In this document: positions 17,771-27,168 of the stretch, piece by piece
Layout of the letters: each line of letters opens with the position of its first letter
Position numbering within the stretch: position 1 is the stretch's first letter
Virus record (IMG/VR): IMGVR_UViG_3300032270_001615
Coordinates: 22,852 to 86,851 of that record
Length of the DNA stretch: 64,000 bases
From: a virus
Taxonomy: Duplodnaviria > Caudoviricetes
Reading direction: 5' to 3' (one strand)
Notes under the pieces: model-generated
Told to the model about the DNA's origin: nothing
Database searches by the model: none
Seen by the model: the letters and a program-made list of their open reading frames with translations, nothing else
Translations under genes and position numbers: made by a program

Positions 17771-17929
17771 CTAGCTCCTGCTCTTTTTAGAGTCTTTGGC
17801 TCGCGTGATTGTGAAATCACTTGCATTCAAGACTAGGTTCTTGAGAATGTGATAAGCGTGCGCAGGCGTCACCTCTTCAGGATCGACGCCAATCACCTTT
17901 GCGGCTTGCTCTATGTATTGCTTTCTCAC
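17771..17929 (-). CDS. hypothetical protein (52 aa), not in ORF track
   Basis: GTG six nt after TACAAT; VRKQYIEQAAKVIGVDPEEVTP... Confidence 0.5.
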   Translation of the reverse strand: MRKQYIEQAAKVIGVDPEEVTPAHAYHILKNLVLNASDFTITRAKDSKKSRS

Positions 17930-17956
17930 GGGTCAATTGTATATGACCAGAAGGAT

Positions 17957-18211
17957 TTACTTAGCAGCTTGACCCTTGAGCCAGCCAACAATGCGCTTTC
18001 CGAGTGATGTCTTCTGGATGGCGCTAGCCACTTCCTTGACCTCTTCAACGGTAGCGATATTCGCAATAGCCTCAGCTACTTCTGATGCAGGACTCTTCTT
18101 CTTTACAACGGTTGTTGTCTTTGAGGAGATCTTGCGACCAGTTGCCTTTTTAGGAGCAGCCTTCTTTGGGGCTGCCTTCTTCTTTGCTGTAGTTTTCTTT
18201 TTAGTTGCCAT
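17957..18211 (-). CDS. histone-like Lys/Ala-rich protein
   Basis: MATKKKTTAKKKAAPKKAAPKKAT... Confidence 0.65.
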   Translation of the reverse strand: MATKKKTTAKKKAAPKKAAPKKATGRKISSKTTTVVKKKSPASEVAEAIANIATVEEVKEVASAIQKTSLGKRIVGWLKGQAAK

Positions 18212-18290
18212 TCCAAGAAGGTTAGTAAATTGTTTATGCAGATATTGCAACTATTCCCGAAAGTTGAGTTTTCCGTACTAATCTCTTCAC

Positions 18291-18932
18291 GTGGAAGACA
18301 TATATGACGACTCAATGGGCAAGATAGCCCTTTGTGCAACGTCGGCTCAACTGGCCAAAACCGTTTGCGTAAAGGAGTTTGGCATAGGCGAAGAGTTATC
18401 TTTCAATTTCTTTGGCTGGCAAGGCGAACACCTAGCTGTGGTCTGTCAACTAGATAAACAATTTATGCGTGATTTGCCTATTGAAAGATTTCAAAGATCT
18501 AGCGCCCTGTGCGTTGCATTGAGGCAGTACTGGGGAGTGACAGCACTTACATTCCTGGCGGAAGGATTCCATTCATTTGATCCAGTAGCCACAAAGAACA
18601 AAGATTTATCTAAAGCCTTTATAGATAATCCTGAAAACGTGAGCGAATGTCTAGCGATCGTTCACTCTGAGATCAACCCTCTAAACGATCTAATCGAAAC
18701 TTCGCTTGTATCTATGCCTTACAAAACAGGAATTGGAAGATCGATTGAGTGGTCGGATCTCAAGCCCTGTACCAGTGGTGCCGATTCGCAAATACGTGAA
18801 TCTCTGTATGTGAAGATGTTTGAAAACATTCTCTCTCAAAGCGCAGAAGAGTCAAACGATGTTTCTGATGAACAGTTTGACTGGCTAATTGAGGTTATTA
18901 CAAAGAACGGATTCCACGTTCAAGAACTTTGA
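18291..18932 (+). CDS. hypothetical protein
   Basis: 213 aa open frame. Confidence 0.7.
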   Translation: MEDIYDDSMGKIALCATSAQLAKTVCVKEFGIGEELSFNFFGWQGEHLAVVCQLDKQFMRDLPIERFQRSSALCVALRQYWGVTALTFLAEGFHSFDPVATKNKDLSKAFIDNPENVSECLAIVHSEINPLNDLIETSLVSMPYKTGIGRSIEWSDLKPCTSGADSQIRESLYVKMFENILSQSAEESNDVSDEQFDWLIEVITKNGFHVQEL

Positions 18933-18933
18933 G

Positions 18934-19006
<73 letters not shown>

Positions 19007-19018
19007 TAATTTTTAGTA

Positions 19019-19609
19019 TTACTTCTTTCCAAGCAAATAGTTGGCAACTGACTCAGCTAAAACCCTGTCGTCGCTTGGCGTGTCGTAAAAATTTGAACCT
19101 GTTTCTGCGGCAAAATTAATAGCATTGCTAATTACTTTATTTAACTGAGATCTGGTGAGCCAATCCAAACCGACACGATTCTCATTGAAGTCTTTCATTG
19201 CCCTGAAACATGCTTCAGGCGTCCATGAGTCAACATTTTCAACTTCTTTTCTCGTGTAGTACGGATTTGGTGGATAGCCAGTTGCGTAATCGGCATAATG
19301 TATTTTTTGTTTTAAAATTTTTGTTGGATATACTTTTCTGTAAGCTTGATAGACAGGGTTGTTGCTCATTCCTTCGTGAGTATTGCAACCAGAACAAAGC
19401 AGACCTCTTATCAGACCACTTTCATGGCAGTGGTCTTTAACCCAACGGACAGTGCGATAACCGCAGATGGCGCATACGATGTCTTTGTCTTGATCGTTCT
19501 CGATACTTTGAAACTTGTAAAGAGCAGTAATGTCTCGATCGTAGATATCGTCGTCAACTTTTGTCTCGTAGCGATGCCAATTAAGCCACAATTTATATTG
19601 ATCAGCCAT
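19019..19609 (-). CDS. endonuclease VII domain protein
   Basis: CAICG...DHCHESGLIRGLLCSGCN; TAATG coupling. Confidence 0.8.
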   Translation of the reverse strand: MADQYKLWLNWHRYETKVDDDIYDRDITALYKFQSIENDQDKDIVCAICGYRTVRWVKDHCHESGLIRGLLCSGCNTHEGMSNNPVYQAYRKVYPTKILKQKIHYADYATGYPPNPYYTRKEVENVDSWTPEACFRAMKDFNENRVGLDWLTRSQLNKVISNAINFAAETGSNFYDTPSDDRVLAESVANYLLGKK

Positions 19610-19920
19610 TACAGTGCCAATATTCCTTCGGTTGTTATCTTGCAAACCATAGCAAGTGAGCCAGTTGAGGTTTGCTTCCTGCCCCCAGTGTCGGCTATGT
19701 ATCCAAGTTTGCGTAAATCTGCGCATCGCTTCCAGCCGTGATTTATACCAGCATTAAGGGACGCTTCTTCGTCAGTTATGCCTTCTTGCTGATTTTGAGC
19801 GTAAATAGCAAGCAACCTGTACACCTGTGTCTTGCGTCGTTTCTCAACATCTTTTGCCCCAAGCGAAGAAGTCGATGGATCTGATGACCTATTTATTTTA
19901 ATTGAATCTAGCTTTTCCAT
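19609..19920 (-). CDS. winged-HTH-like phage protein
   Basis: RSSDPSTS...GITDEEAS...WKRCADLRKLGYI..TG. Confidence 0.6.
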   Translation of the reverse strand: MEKLDSIKINRSSDPSTSSLGAKDVEKRRKTQVYRLLAIYAQNQQEGITDEEASLNAGINHGWKRCADLRKLGYIADTGGRKQTSTGSLAMVCKITTEGILAL

Positions 19921-19940
19921 TTTTTCCTTTCGATAGTTCT

Positions 19941-20513
19941 TTATTCGATATTTTTTTGTTGTTTAGCGCAGTATGGTCCTATGCCAGCAGCAATGCTTTT
20001 TGGGTTATCCAAGGTTTTTCCGCAAACAGCACAGATACCTGTGTCTTTGCCAATCTGCACCATCTGCTCTTCTGTAAGTTTATAAAAATCTCCAGACTTC
20101 ACTGATTGGAAAAATCCGTCACGATCATTTGATCTGTAACCGTTTTTCACCTCTCTCCAATTTGGTGAATCAACATCTCGTTTGCGCAAAGAACGTGACT
20201 TATAGTCGTTTTTGGTTACCCAAGAAAGTTTGTAAATTTCCTTATTCTCAGGATCGTAATATGCGCCATTCTCAACCGACAGACCGTATATGTCGTATGA
20301 ATCATCAAGCTTGTATCGCATCTTCCTAGCGGACTCATACTGCGCTGAAGAAAAGCCGTCATTCTTGTCATAGTAAGCAACAAGGCTTTGCGCAAAATCT
20401 GACCAATCTTGCTGCTCCAGCCAGTCACGCATCGATTGGTCAGTTTTTAAATCTGACTTGAATTTTCTAGAAACGTAATGATTACTTAATCGTGGCGTAG
20501 GTCTGTATCCCAT
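19941..20513 (-). CDS. hypothetical protein with C-terminal Zn ribbon (DUF6011-like)
   Basis: GICAVCGKTLDNPKSIAAGIGPYC. Confidence 0.7.
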   Translation of the reverse strand: MGYRPTPRLSNHYVSRKFKSDLKTDQSMRDWLEQQDWSDFAQSLVAYYDKNDGFSSAQYESARKMRYKLDDSYDIYGLSVENGAYYDPENKEIYKLSWVTKNDYKSRSLRKRDVDSPNWREVKNGYRSNDRDGFFQSVKSGDFYKLTEEQMVQIGKDTGICAVCGKTLDNPKSIAAGIGPYCAKQQKNIE

Positions 20514-20532
20514 TGTTCTTCTTCCTCTTCAG

Positions 20533-20607
20533 TGCCCCTGGTTGGAATTGAACCAACGTGGACCGCTACGGTTTCTACACCTTATAAGAGTGAGCCGATA
20601 CAGGGGC
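20533..20607 (-). tRNA. atypical tRNA-like gene: UAU anticodon, no D arm, long variable arm
   Basis: acceptor GCCCCTG/CAGGGGC+A; T arm GTTGG-TTCAATT-CCAAC; loop CTTATAA; only 7 nt where the D arm should be. Confidence 0.65.
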
Positions 20608-20741
20608 GTTTTCATGCCCTGCGTATTCGCTTCTGGTCGGTGTTTTTCAGTAAGTGCTTGCTCACGCGTCAAACTTTAGTGCCTGTGGATAACAAAAACA
20701 ACACATGCATATCTGTAAATTATTTAGGTATACAATTAGGC

Positions 20742-21038
20742 GTGGTTTTTTACAATAACGCAATAAACTCGCTTGGAGTTACATTCTCTAGTGCTGACAG
20801 ACAGCCTTGCCCTGTGTGCGGACACGCAACTGGCGACTGCGTTGGTTCAGAAAAAGCACCAGAAAAAATTGCTGGATTCAAAATTGACGAAGATCCAAAA
20901 GAAGTCAAGTCATATCAGATTTTAGAAAACATCGTGGTTGAGCGTGAGATTGCTCCTGGCGTTATGACAAAAATCATCTCGCATCACAAAGGAAAATTTA
21001 TATCAATTGCTGAAGCAGAAAAGTTAGGTCTACTTTAG
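20742..21038 (+). CDS. hypothetical protein
   Basis: CPVCGHATGDC; GTG five nt after TACAAT. Confidence 0.6.
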   Translation: MVFYNNAINSLGVTFSSADRQPCPVCGHATGDCVGSEKAPEKIAGFKIDEDPKEVKSYQILENIVVEREIAPGVMTKIISHHKGKFISIAEAEKLGLL

Positions 21039-21104
21039 ACGCTTTCTGTATTTTCCGCTAGGGTACAATTACCTACTCAATAATTACACCTGAAACGGGA
21101 AATC

Positions 21105-23030
21105 ATGACAATTTTAGATCAAGCATTTGTGGACTCCTATTCCCTAAAGCAGGCTCCATGGGGTTTTAACGGCCTTGGAGAAATAGTTTTTCTTCGTACC
21201 TATAGCCGCAAAAAGGAAAACGGCAACACGGAGACATGGGTGGAAACTCTTCAGCGCGTGATTAACGGTGCTCACGAAGTCGGTGTCGATTACACAAAAG
21301 AAGAAGCCGAGGCGCTTTTTGACCATTGCTTCAATCTCCGCTGCTCGTTCTCTGGTCGTTCATTGTGGCAACTAGGAACGCCTCTTGTTCAGAAGTTCAA
21401 CGCAACGTCTCTGAATAACTGCTACTTCACAAACATTGAAAAGATTGAAGACTTTGAACTTTTGTTTGAGTACTTGATGCTTGGCGGAGGAGTTGGTTTC
21501 TCTGTAGAGCGTTCTAAGATTCACGAACTTCCAAAGGTCAAGACTGGCGTAACAATTACGCACGAACGTAGTAACGACGCAGACATTATTGTCCCTGATT
21601 CACGTCAAGGTTGGAAGCGTCTTCTTCACGCAGTATTAAAGTCGTACTTCGATACGGGCAAATCGTTTAGTTACTCAACTGTTCTCATCCGTGAATACGG
21701 TGCACCGCTAAAGACTTTTGGTGGTACCGCATCGGGCCCTGGAGCACTCATTGACGGGATCGCGGATATTTGCAAAGTGATGCAGAATCGCGAAGGAAAG
21801 AAACTTCGCTCGATAGATGTTCTCGACATTTGTAATATTATCGGTCGAATAGTTGTCTCTGGATCTTCGCGCCGCTCCGCGCAAATCGCGATGGGTGATC
21901 CGGATGACGTTCTGTTCATTCGTGCGAAGAATTGGGCTTCAGGAAACGTTCCAGCATGGCGTGCTAATTCAAACAACTCTATCTACGCGGATTACTACGA
22001 CGAAATCATGCCTGAACTGTGGAAGGGTTATGACGGAACTGGCGAGCCCTACGGCCTTCTCAACCGTCGCCTTGCACGCAAGTTCGGCAGAATTGGCGAA
22101 CCAAAGCCAGACAATTCGATTGAAGGTTTCAATCCATGTGCGGAGATTGCGCTTGCTGATGGGGAGTCTTGCAACTTGGCAACAATCTTTTTGCCAAATG
22201 TTGAGTCTCTTGAGCAGTTTAAGGAAATTTCTCGCTTGCTATACAAGACGCAGAAGCAGATTACTCGCATGGCATACCCTTACGAGAAGACAACAAACAT
22301 TGTCAACAAGAACGCTCGACTTGGTCAGTCTGTCACTGGGATTCTTCAGTGTTCAGAAGAACAGGTTTCTTGGCTTTCACCTGCGTATGAGCATTTGCAA
22401 GAATTTGATAAGCAATACTCAGCAGAGCGTGGATGGCCAGCATCGGTTCGTTTGACAACTGTTCAGCCATCAGGAACGCTTTCCCTTCTCCCAGGAGTAA
22501 CACCAGGTATTCACCCTGCTTACGCTCAGTACTATGTTCGTCGTGTTCGATTTGGTTCATCAGACCCGTTGGTAGAGGCTTGTCGCAAGCGTGGTTACAA
22601 GATTCAGTGGGATATCGGAATTGACGGGAGAGAGGATCACACTCGATACGTAATCGACTTCCCGTGCATGTCTCCAGAGGGATCAACCCTTGCCGCAGAC
22701 ATGACCGCTGTTCAACAGTTGGAACTGGTTGGATCAATGCAGAAACTTTGGGCTGATAACGCCGTTTCGGTAACTGTGTATTACAGAAAAGAAGAGCTTC
22801 CAGCTATTCAAGAGTGGCTATCAGAGAATTACGACAAGAGCGTTAAGTCGGTTTCTTTCCTTCTTCACGTAGACCATAACTTTTCTTTGCCTCCATACGA
22901 AGAGATCACAAAAGCAGAGTACGAAAAAATGCTCGGCAAGATTGATAGTTCGATACCTTTGCAGGAAGTAGTTTTTGGTGGAGAATTAGATCTTGATAAT
23001 TGTGCTACTGGCGCATGTCCAATCAAATGA
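21105..23030 (+). CDS. nrdJ: class II (adenosylcobalamin) ribonucleotide reductase, monomeric RTPR type
   Basis: RTYSR, LNNC, RRSAQI, GFNPCAEI, CNLA, TTVQPSGT, C-terminal C..GACP. Confidence 0.92.
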   Translation: MTILDQAFVDSYSLKQAPWGFNGLGEIVFLRTYSRKKENGNTETWVETLQRVINGAHEVGVDYTKEEAEALFDHCFNLRCSFSGRSLWQLGTPLVQKFNATSLNNCYFTNIEKIEDFELLFEYLMLGGGVGFSVERSKIHELPKVKTGVTITHERSNDADIIVPDSRQGWKRLLHAVLKSYFDTGKSFSYSTVLIREYGAPLKTFGGTASGPGALIDGIADICKVMQNREGKKLRSIDVLDICNIIGRIVVSGSSRRSAQIAMGDPDDVLFIRAKNWASGNVPAWRANSNNSIYADYYDEIMPELWKGYDGTGEPYGLLNRRLARKFGRIGEPKPDNSIEGFNPCAEIALADGESCNLATIFLPNVESLEQFKEISRLLYKTQKQITRMAYPYEKTTNIVNKNARLGQSVTGILQCSEEQVSWLSPAYEHLQEFDKQYSAERGWPASVRLTTVQPSGTLSLLPGVTPGIHPAYAQYYVRRVRFGSSDPLVEACRKRGYKIQWDIGIDGREDHTRYVIDFPCMSPEGSTLAADMTAVQQLELVGSMQKLWADNAVSVTVYYRKEELPAIQEWLSENYDKSVKSVSFLLHVDHNFSLPPYEEITKAEYEKMLGKIDSSIPLQEVVFGGELDLDNCATGACPIK

Positions 23031-23347
23031 CAGATACCACACACTCTGAAGATAAATGTGAAACATGCAACAGTTTTTGTTGTACGTGTGAACTTTGTGA
23101 ATGTTGTAAAAAACACTTGGCGACATCTAGCGCTGTCGAGCGAGTGATGGAGTCATACGCACCATCTCCTTTTGAGTTGAATATGGCTAACGAAATTTTA
23201 GAATTGCAAAAACTTTTGCAAAACGAAAAAGAAATTAGCGATTTACTATTTGTTTCTCTGGTAAATCATGGATACAATGACGAAGACGAAATTTTTAGAA
23301 AATCTAAAGCGATTAATAATTACAAAAAATCACGTCAGAAAGATTGA
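23027..23347 (+). CDS. hypothetical protein, Cys-rich N-terminus
   Basis: ATGA coupling to nrdJ. Confidence 0.55.
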   Translation: MTDTTHSEDKCETCNSFCCTCELCECCKKHLATSSAVERVMESYAPSPFELNMANEILELQKLLQNEKEISDLLFVSLVNHGYNDEDEIFRKSKAINNYKKSRQKD

Positions 23348-23699
23348 GGTTTTCTTGTCTAAGCAAGATATTGTAAGTGTTGGTTTTGGCGGAAAACCTT
23401 ATGTGATTCTTTGTTACGCTAGAATGCGTGGCGGATATATAACTAAGAGCGAGTACAGGAAATTTCAACTAGACAATAGACAAAAGACGATTAACATCCA
23501 TACGGAATTTTCGTTCTTGGCTTCAGTTGGATACCTGGAACGAAATAACGATCTTGGCTATCCTCGATTTAAACTGACCATGGAAGGTCAGAAAGCTCTG
23601 AGTGAAGTATCTCGCCGCAAGATACAGAAAGAACGAAAGTATTTAAAGTCTGGGAAACTAAAACGCGAAGACGCATGCTATGTACACGACAATTTCTGA
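23268..23699 (+). CDS. hypothetical wHTH-like protein
   Basis: LASVGYLE...FKLTMEGQKAL; start uncertain. Confidence 0.5.
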   Translation: MDTMTKTKFLENLKRLIITKNHVRKIEVFLSKQDIVSVGFGGKPYVILCYARMRGGYITKSEYRKFQLDNRQKTINIHTEFSFLASVGYLERNNDLGYPRFKLTMEGQKALSEVSRRKIQKERKYLKSGKLKREDACYVHDNF

Positions 23700-23937
23700 C
23701 CTCTACCCAGTGATGATCAGGCAGGCTCGCTATAGCGGTGTCTATGAGGGTGGTCAATGGATCGCAATTGGCAACTACGAGGACGTTGAACTGGACGATT
23801 ATTTCCACGGTGATGACAGTGATGCTCTTGACTTGTTCGAATCTGAGGCAGGGCAGCTCATAGGGGTGGGAAATACTCCAAACGAAGCACTTGATAACAT
23901 GTTGTCAAAATACAGGGAAAAAACTGTTATAGATTAG
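23680..23937 (+). CDS. hypothetical protein
   Basis: 85 aa; RYSGVYEGG.W, GVGNTPNEAL. Confidence 0.65.
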   Translation: MYTTISDLYPVMIRQARYSGVYEGGQWIAIGNYEDVELDDYFHGDDSDALDLFESEAGQLIGVGNTPNEALDNMLSKYREKTVID

Positions 23938-23944
23938 TGGTCAT

Positions 23945-24018
23945 GCGTCGGTAGCTCAATCGGATAGAGCAACAGACTTCTAATCTGTAGGTTGTAGGTT
24001 CAAGTCCTGCCCGACGCG
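23945..24018 (+). tRNA. tRNA-Arg(UCU)
   Basis: cloverleaf; ACAGA-CTTCTAA-TCTGT anticodon arm. Confidence 0.92.
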
Positions 24019-24047
24019 CAAATTAGCCACTAAATGAAAGGAATATT

Positions 24048-24239
24048 ATGAAGAGACTTCATCCTAAACACATTCTTCGGTTGTACAGAATGAATCGCCT
24101 ATGGGGCGACAACACGCTTGAAGCGTTGTATTGGGCGCTTCGCGGCAAGGCATTCCTTGCTTCCTTTGAAGGACGCCTCATAGAGCATCAACTGACTCAA
24201 AGCGACGTTGAGGATGCTTGGCGGCAGGCAATAAAATGA
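24048..24239 (+). CDS. hypothetical protein
   Basis: 63 aa, RBS AAGGA. Confidence 0.55.
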   Translation: MKRLHPKHILRLYRMNRLWGDNTLEALYWALRGKAFLASFEGRLIEHQLTQSDVEDAWRQAIK

Positions 24240-24658
24240 ACGAGCTACAAATACAGATAGAGGAGCTAAAGAAGAAGATAGTTCCTGAATATTGGAAGTC
24301 AATAGATGTTGGTGAGGGCTGGTATCAGTTGGTCATTGACTGTGACAAGGAATTGACCGGAGTAGACCCGAAGTATCAGATTTACCAAGTTAAGGAAAAG
24401 TTTGGCCGTCTTCGCTTTTACACAAAACCATCAAATATCGACGATAAACACACCATGATACGAATCGGGGATATCATCTCCAAGTATGAAGACATTGCAT
24501 CTAGAACATGTAGCGCCACAGGTGGTCCTGGAGTCCTTATGAAGTCAATCGGCGGATGGCTTAAAACCCTAAACCCAGAGTATGCAGCAGAGTCTCTGCA
24601 TCGTGGAAAATACTCAGTTGTTGAAAACAAACTTGCGCAGAACCAGGAAATGATTTAA
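24236..24658 (+). CDS. conserved phage hypothetical protein
   Basis: GEGWYQL...QVKEKFGRLRFY...RTC..TG.PG. Confidence 0.7.
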   Translation: MNELQIQIEELKKKIVPEYWKSIDVGEGWYQLVIDCDKELTGVDPKYQIYQVKEKFGRLRFYTKPSNIDDKHTMIRIGDIISKYEDIASRTCSATGGPGVLMKSIGGWLKTLNPEYAAESLHRGKYSVVENKLAQNQEMI

Positions 24659-24719
24659 GATAACCCCGAGGGGGCATTCATCTAGGTGATGCTGAAACTG
24701 ACTCTGTCTACCCTCACTT

Positions 24720-24795
24720 TGGCGAGTAGCTCAGTTGGCAGAGCAAGGGACTGTTAATCCCTGGGTCGTAGGTTCGAGCCCTACCTCGCCAGCCA
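24720..24795 (+). tRNA. tRNA-Asn(GUU)
   Basis: cloverleaf; AGGGA-CTGTTAA-TCCCT; U1-A72; encoded CCA. Confidence 0.92.
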
Positions 24796-24849
24796 TATGT
24801 TTGAAGTTCACGAATAGGCGTATATGCTTTCAATACCTACGTACTAAGG

Positions 24850-25608
24850 ATGGAAAAAATGCGACTTTTAAGCAAATTGGTAATCTGTGCAAGTGTTTTT
24901 AGTTTTGGAGCAGTAGCTGCTCCTTCGTCAGCTTTAGCTGAAAGCTGCGAGTCTTATTCCGAAGCGCCATCTTCTTCATCTGCCACAACATTTACAATCA
25001 TTGATACAGAGGTTGGAACCGATGCCTACCAGCGACTTGTCGGGTATGGCAAGGGCGGACACAAGGCACTTGGTATTGCGATTGCTGGTTCTTATGACTA
25101 CTTCGGCAAATGCCAATACGTCGGCATTGGGGTGATGGATGGTAGCGGTGGAAATGGTTATCGTCCAAACTTCACTTTGGCTATTTGGCATGAAGGCGTA
25201 GACGCGTCGAAAGCGAGAGGAGTCATTTACGCGCTTATAGGCGCAGAGTCAAACCCAACAGTGACAAACGGTGATTGCAACATCTCTTGCGATGGATCAA
25301 ATGGTCGTCAATTTGACGGGTCTACGACAACAACTGAAGTTACCACTACTACCACGGTTGCCCCTGAGCAAGTTCAGGATGCGGTAGGTTCACCTGAACC
25401 ACAAGAAGAGCCTCCTGTACAGGTTGCAACTCAAGAGCCGTATGCAGAGCCACTCCCCCCAGTCCAGGAGCAAAAGGTAGAGGTTGTTGAAGTGGCAATA
25501 TCGTCATCACCATTCGTAAATAGTTACGTGAATAAAAAGGTTCCTGTAAAGAATAAGTCAATTAAACGCAAAAAAGCCTTGTCTCATAAAAAAATTCTGA
25601 ATAAATAA
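24850..25608 (+). CDS. secreted protein with Thr/Pro/Glu-rich stalk
   Basis: signal peptide ending ALAE; TTTTEVTTTTT; basic C-terminus. Confidence 0.65.
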   Translation: MEKMRLLSKLVICASVFSFGAVAAPSSALAESCESYSEAPSSSSATTFTIIDTEVGTDAYQRLVGYGKGGHKALGIAIAGSYDYFGKCQYVGIGVMDGSGGNGYRPNFTLAIWHEGVDASKARGVIYALIGAESNPTVTNGDCNISCDGSNGRQFDGSTTTTEVTTTTTVAPEQVQDAVGSPEPQEEPPVQVATQEPYAEPLPPVQEQKVEVVEVAISSSPFVNSYVNKKVPVKNKSIKRKKALSHKKILNK

Positions 25609-25639
25609 TCCAAACTCAGACTGCGCTAGTATCTGGTGT

Positions 25640-26404
25640 ATGTCTGTGCAAATAATCGACAATGTAAACATTGGTGAAATACCTGCTACGCCAACCGCCC
25701 TTGACCACGGTCTGGATGTTGGGGTAGCTAAATCATCGCTGATTGAAATCGCCAAAGATTACGGACATCCGGTTGCTTACATACAAGAGCAATACGGAAG
25801 ACTTATTCAGCATGTTTTCCCTATACAGAAAACAGAAAAAGAGCAAATGTCAACTTCCTCGAAGGTGGAGTTGGAGCTTCATACAGAAACAGCTTTTCAC
25901 CCATATAAACCAGATTATGTAATGCTTTTGTGTCTTCGCGGAGACGAAAATGCAGCCACAACATACGTATGTCTAGAGGATTTGCTGGGTGAGACAGATC
26001 CAGAAGTGCTCTATGAGCTAACAAAAGAAAACTTCGTAACCTCAATTGATAAAAGTTTCAGGATGAATGGCGAAGAAGACAAGTTGATTAAGACATCAAT
26101 TATTCAACGGCGTGAAGATGGTTATGTTCGTCTCAATTACGACAGTTCGGTAATGTACGGTTTGGAAACAACTGCTCAGTTAGCTTTAGAGGAGTTTAAG
26201 AAAATTATTGCAAAGAACGTAAAAGAATTTACTCTTTCTCAGGGCCAGCTGGCGATAATCGACAATTCAGCAACCATACATGGAAGAAAAGATTTTGTTC
26301 CTAGATACGACGGAACCGATAGATGGCTTCTGCGTTGTCTTGTTAGGGAAAAACTCCCCCCATCTGACCACATAGATGGAAATGTTATTACAACAAAGTT
26401 TTAA
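25640..26404 (+). CDS. Fe(II)/2OG dioxygenase, clavaminate synthase / TauD family
   Basis: LHTE metal motif, PDYVMLLCLR, IIDN...HGR...RWLLR. Confidence 0.85.
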   Translation: MSVQIIDNVNIGEIPATPTALDHGLDVGVAKSSLIEIAKDYGHPVAYIQEQYGRLIQHVFPIQKTEKEQMSTSSKVELELHTETAFHPYKPDYVMLLCLRGDENAATTYVCLEDLLGETDPEVLYELTKENFVTSIDKSFRMNGEEDKLIKTSIIQRREDGYVRLNYDSSVMYGLETTAQLALEEFKKIIAKNVKEFTLSQGQLAIIDNSATIHGRKDFVPRYDGTDRWLLRCLVREKLPPSDHIDGNVITTKF

Positions 26405-26412
26405 TCACCGAT

Positions 26413-26694
26413 TTACTCTTCGCTGTCAGGTATTCCGTTGCCATTCTTGTCTTCGGCGTTTCTTCCTGTAGAAATCATTAATCCAGCAAGTGTTCCGGTA
26501 ATGAATGTTGCTACCGACGAAAGAACCCCAAAGAACATCTTGTCATTTTCGGCTTGAGCACCAATCGGCTGTGTCACGAATACGAGCGCCCAAAGGACTC
26601 CGACGGTTGTAATAAGAAGAACAAATCCGAGCATGCATCCAATAACAAACTTAAGGCGAGCATCTAACTCTGCAGGGGTTAAACGTGGTTTCAT
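26413..26694 (-). CDS. two-TM membrane protein (holin-like)
   Basis: two hydrophobic helices; ATGA coupling. Confidence 0.6.
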   Translation of the reverse strand: MKPRLTPAELDARLKFVIGCMLGFVLLITTVGVLWALVFVTQPIGAQAENDKMFFGVLSSVATFITGTLAGLMISTGRNAEDKNGNGIPDSEE

Positions 26695-26909
26695 GGTGCG
26701 ACTGTCTCCTCGATTGTTGTTTCTGTTGCTGCGTTCGGGTCCCATCCAAGCAGCGTCTCTGTGCACGCGCCATCTACCTTGCATATCGGAGGCTGACATT
26801 CTGTTGATTCCCAGTTTTCAGGGTCTTGACATGGGTAGCGATACTTGCCGTCATAGCCACAAGAAGCAAGAGCGAGTATGGACAAGAAAACAAGACTAAG
26901 CCTTTTCAT
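26691..26909 (-). CDS. small lipoprotein
   Basis: MKRLSLVFLSILALAS-C lipobox; further Cys residues. Confidence 0.65.
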   Translation of the reverse strand: MKRLSLVFLSILALASCGYDGKYRYPCQDPENWESTECQPPICKVDGACTETLLGWDPNAATETTIEETVAP

Positions 26910-27168
26910 TTGTTTTCTCTTTGGTTGGTGCTTTTTTATCAACCTTGTTAAATACGTCATTTATTTCTGAGCTTGAAAGTTTTCCATCCTCGAGAAACGC
27001 TCTTGATAGGCCTTCGACTACGACTGCAACCCCTGCAATTCCAGCCATGAAGACAGCTTTAAGTACTGGAACACCAGCAATAGTTCCTGCGCCGATAACG
27101 CCAAGACCAGATGCGGCGAAAGTAGCAAGAATTCTAAGTATGACATTTACGAATAGATCCTTTTTCAT
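26896..27168 (-). CDS. membrane protein (holin-like)
   Basis: two hydrophobic segments, charged C-terminus. Confidence 0.55.
   Translation of the reverse strand: MKKDLFVNVILRILATFAASGLGVIGAGTIAGVPVLKAVFMAGIAGVAVVVEGLSRAFLEDGKLSSSEINDVFNKVDKKAPTKEKTNEKA

Noticed and set aside
17770-17826. ORF-track start of the Cys-rich gene at 17826
   Set aside because: It overlaps a plausible 52-aa gene; GTG 17769 has an AGGAG RBS.
20532-20741. 5' part of the 168-aa ORF in the track
   Set aside because: It overlaps the tRNA-like gene on the opposite strand; a leaderless GTG at 20742 fits better.
21105-23030. Intein or intron in nrdJ, terL or the helicase
   Set aside because: Lengths look normal, and there is no LAGLIDADG motif, C-terminal HN-C/S/T junction or frame break.
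24661-24719. Hammerhead-like words (GTGATG...GAAAC) before tRNA-Asn
   Set aside because: The CUGAUGA core and required stems are absent.
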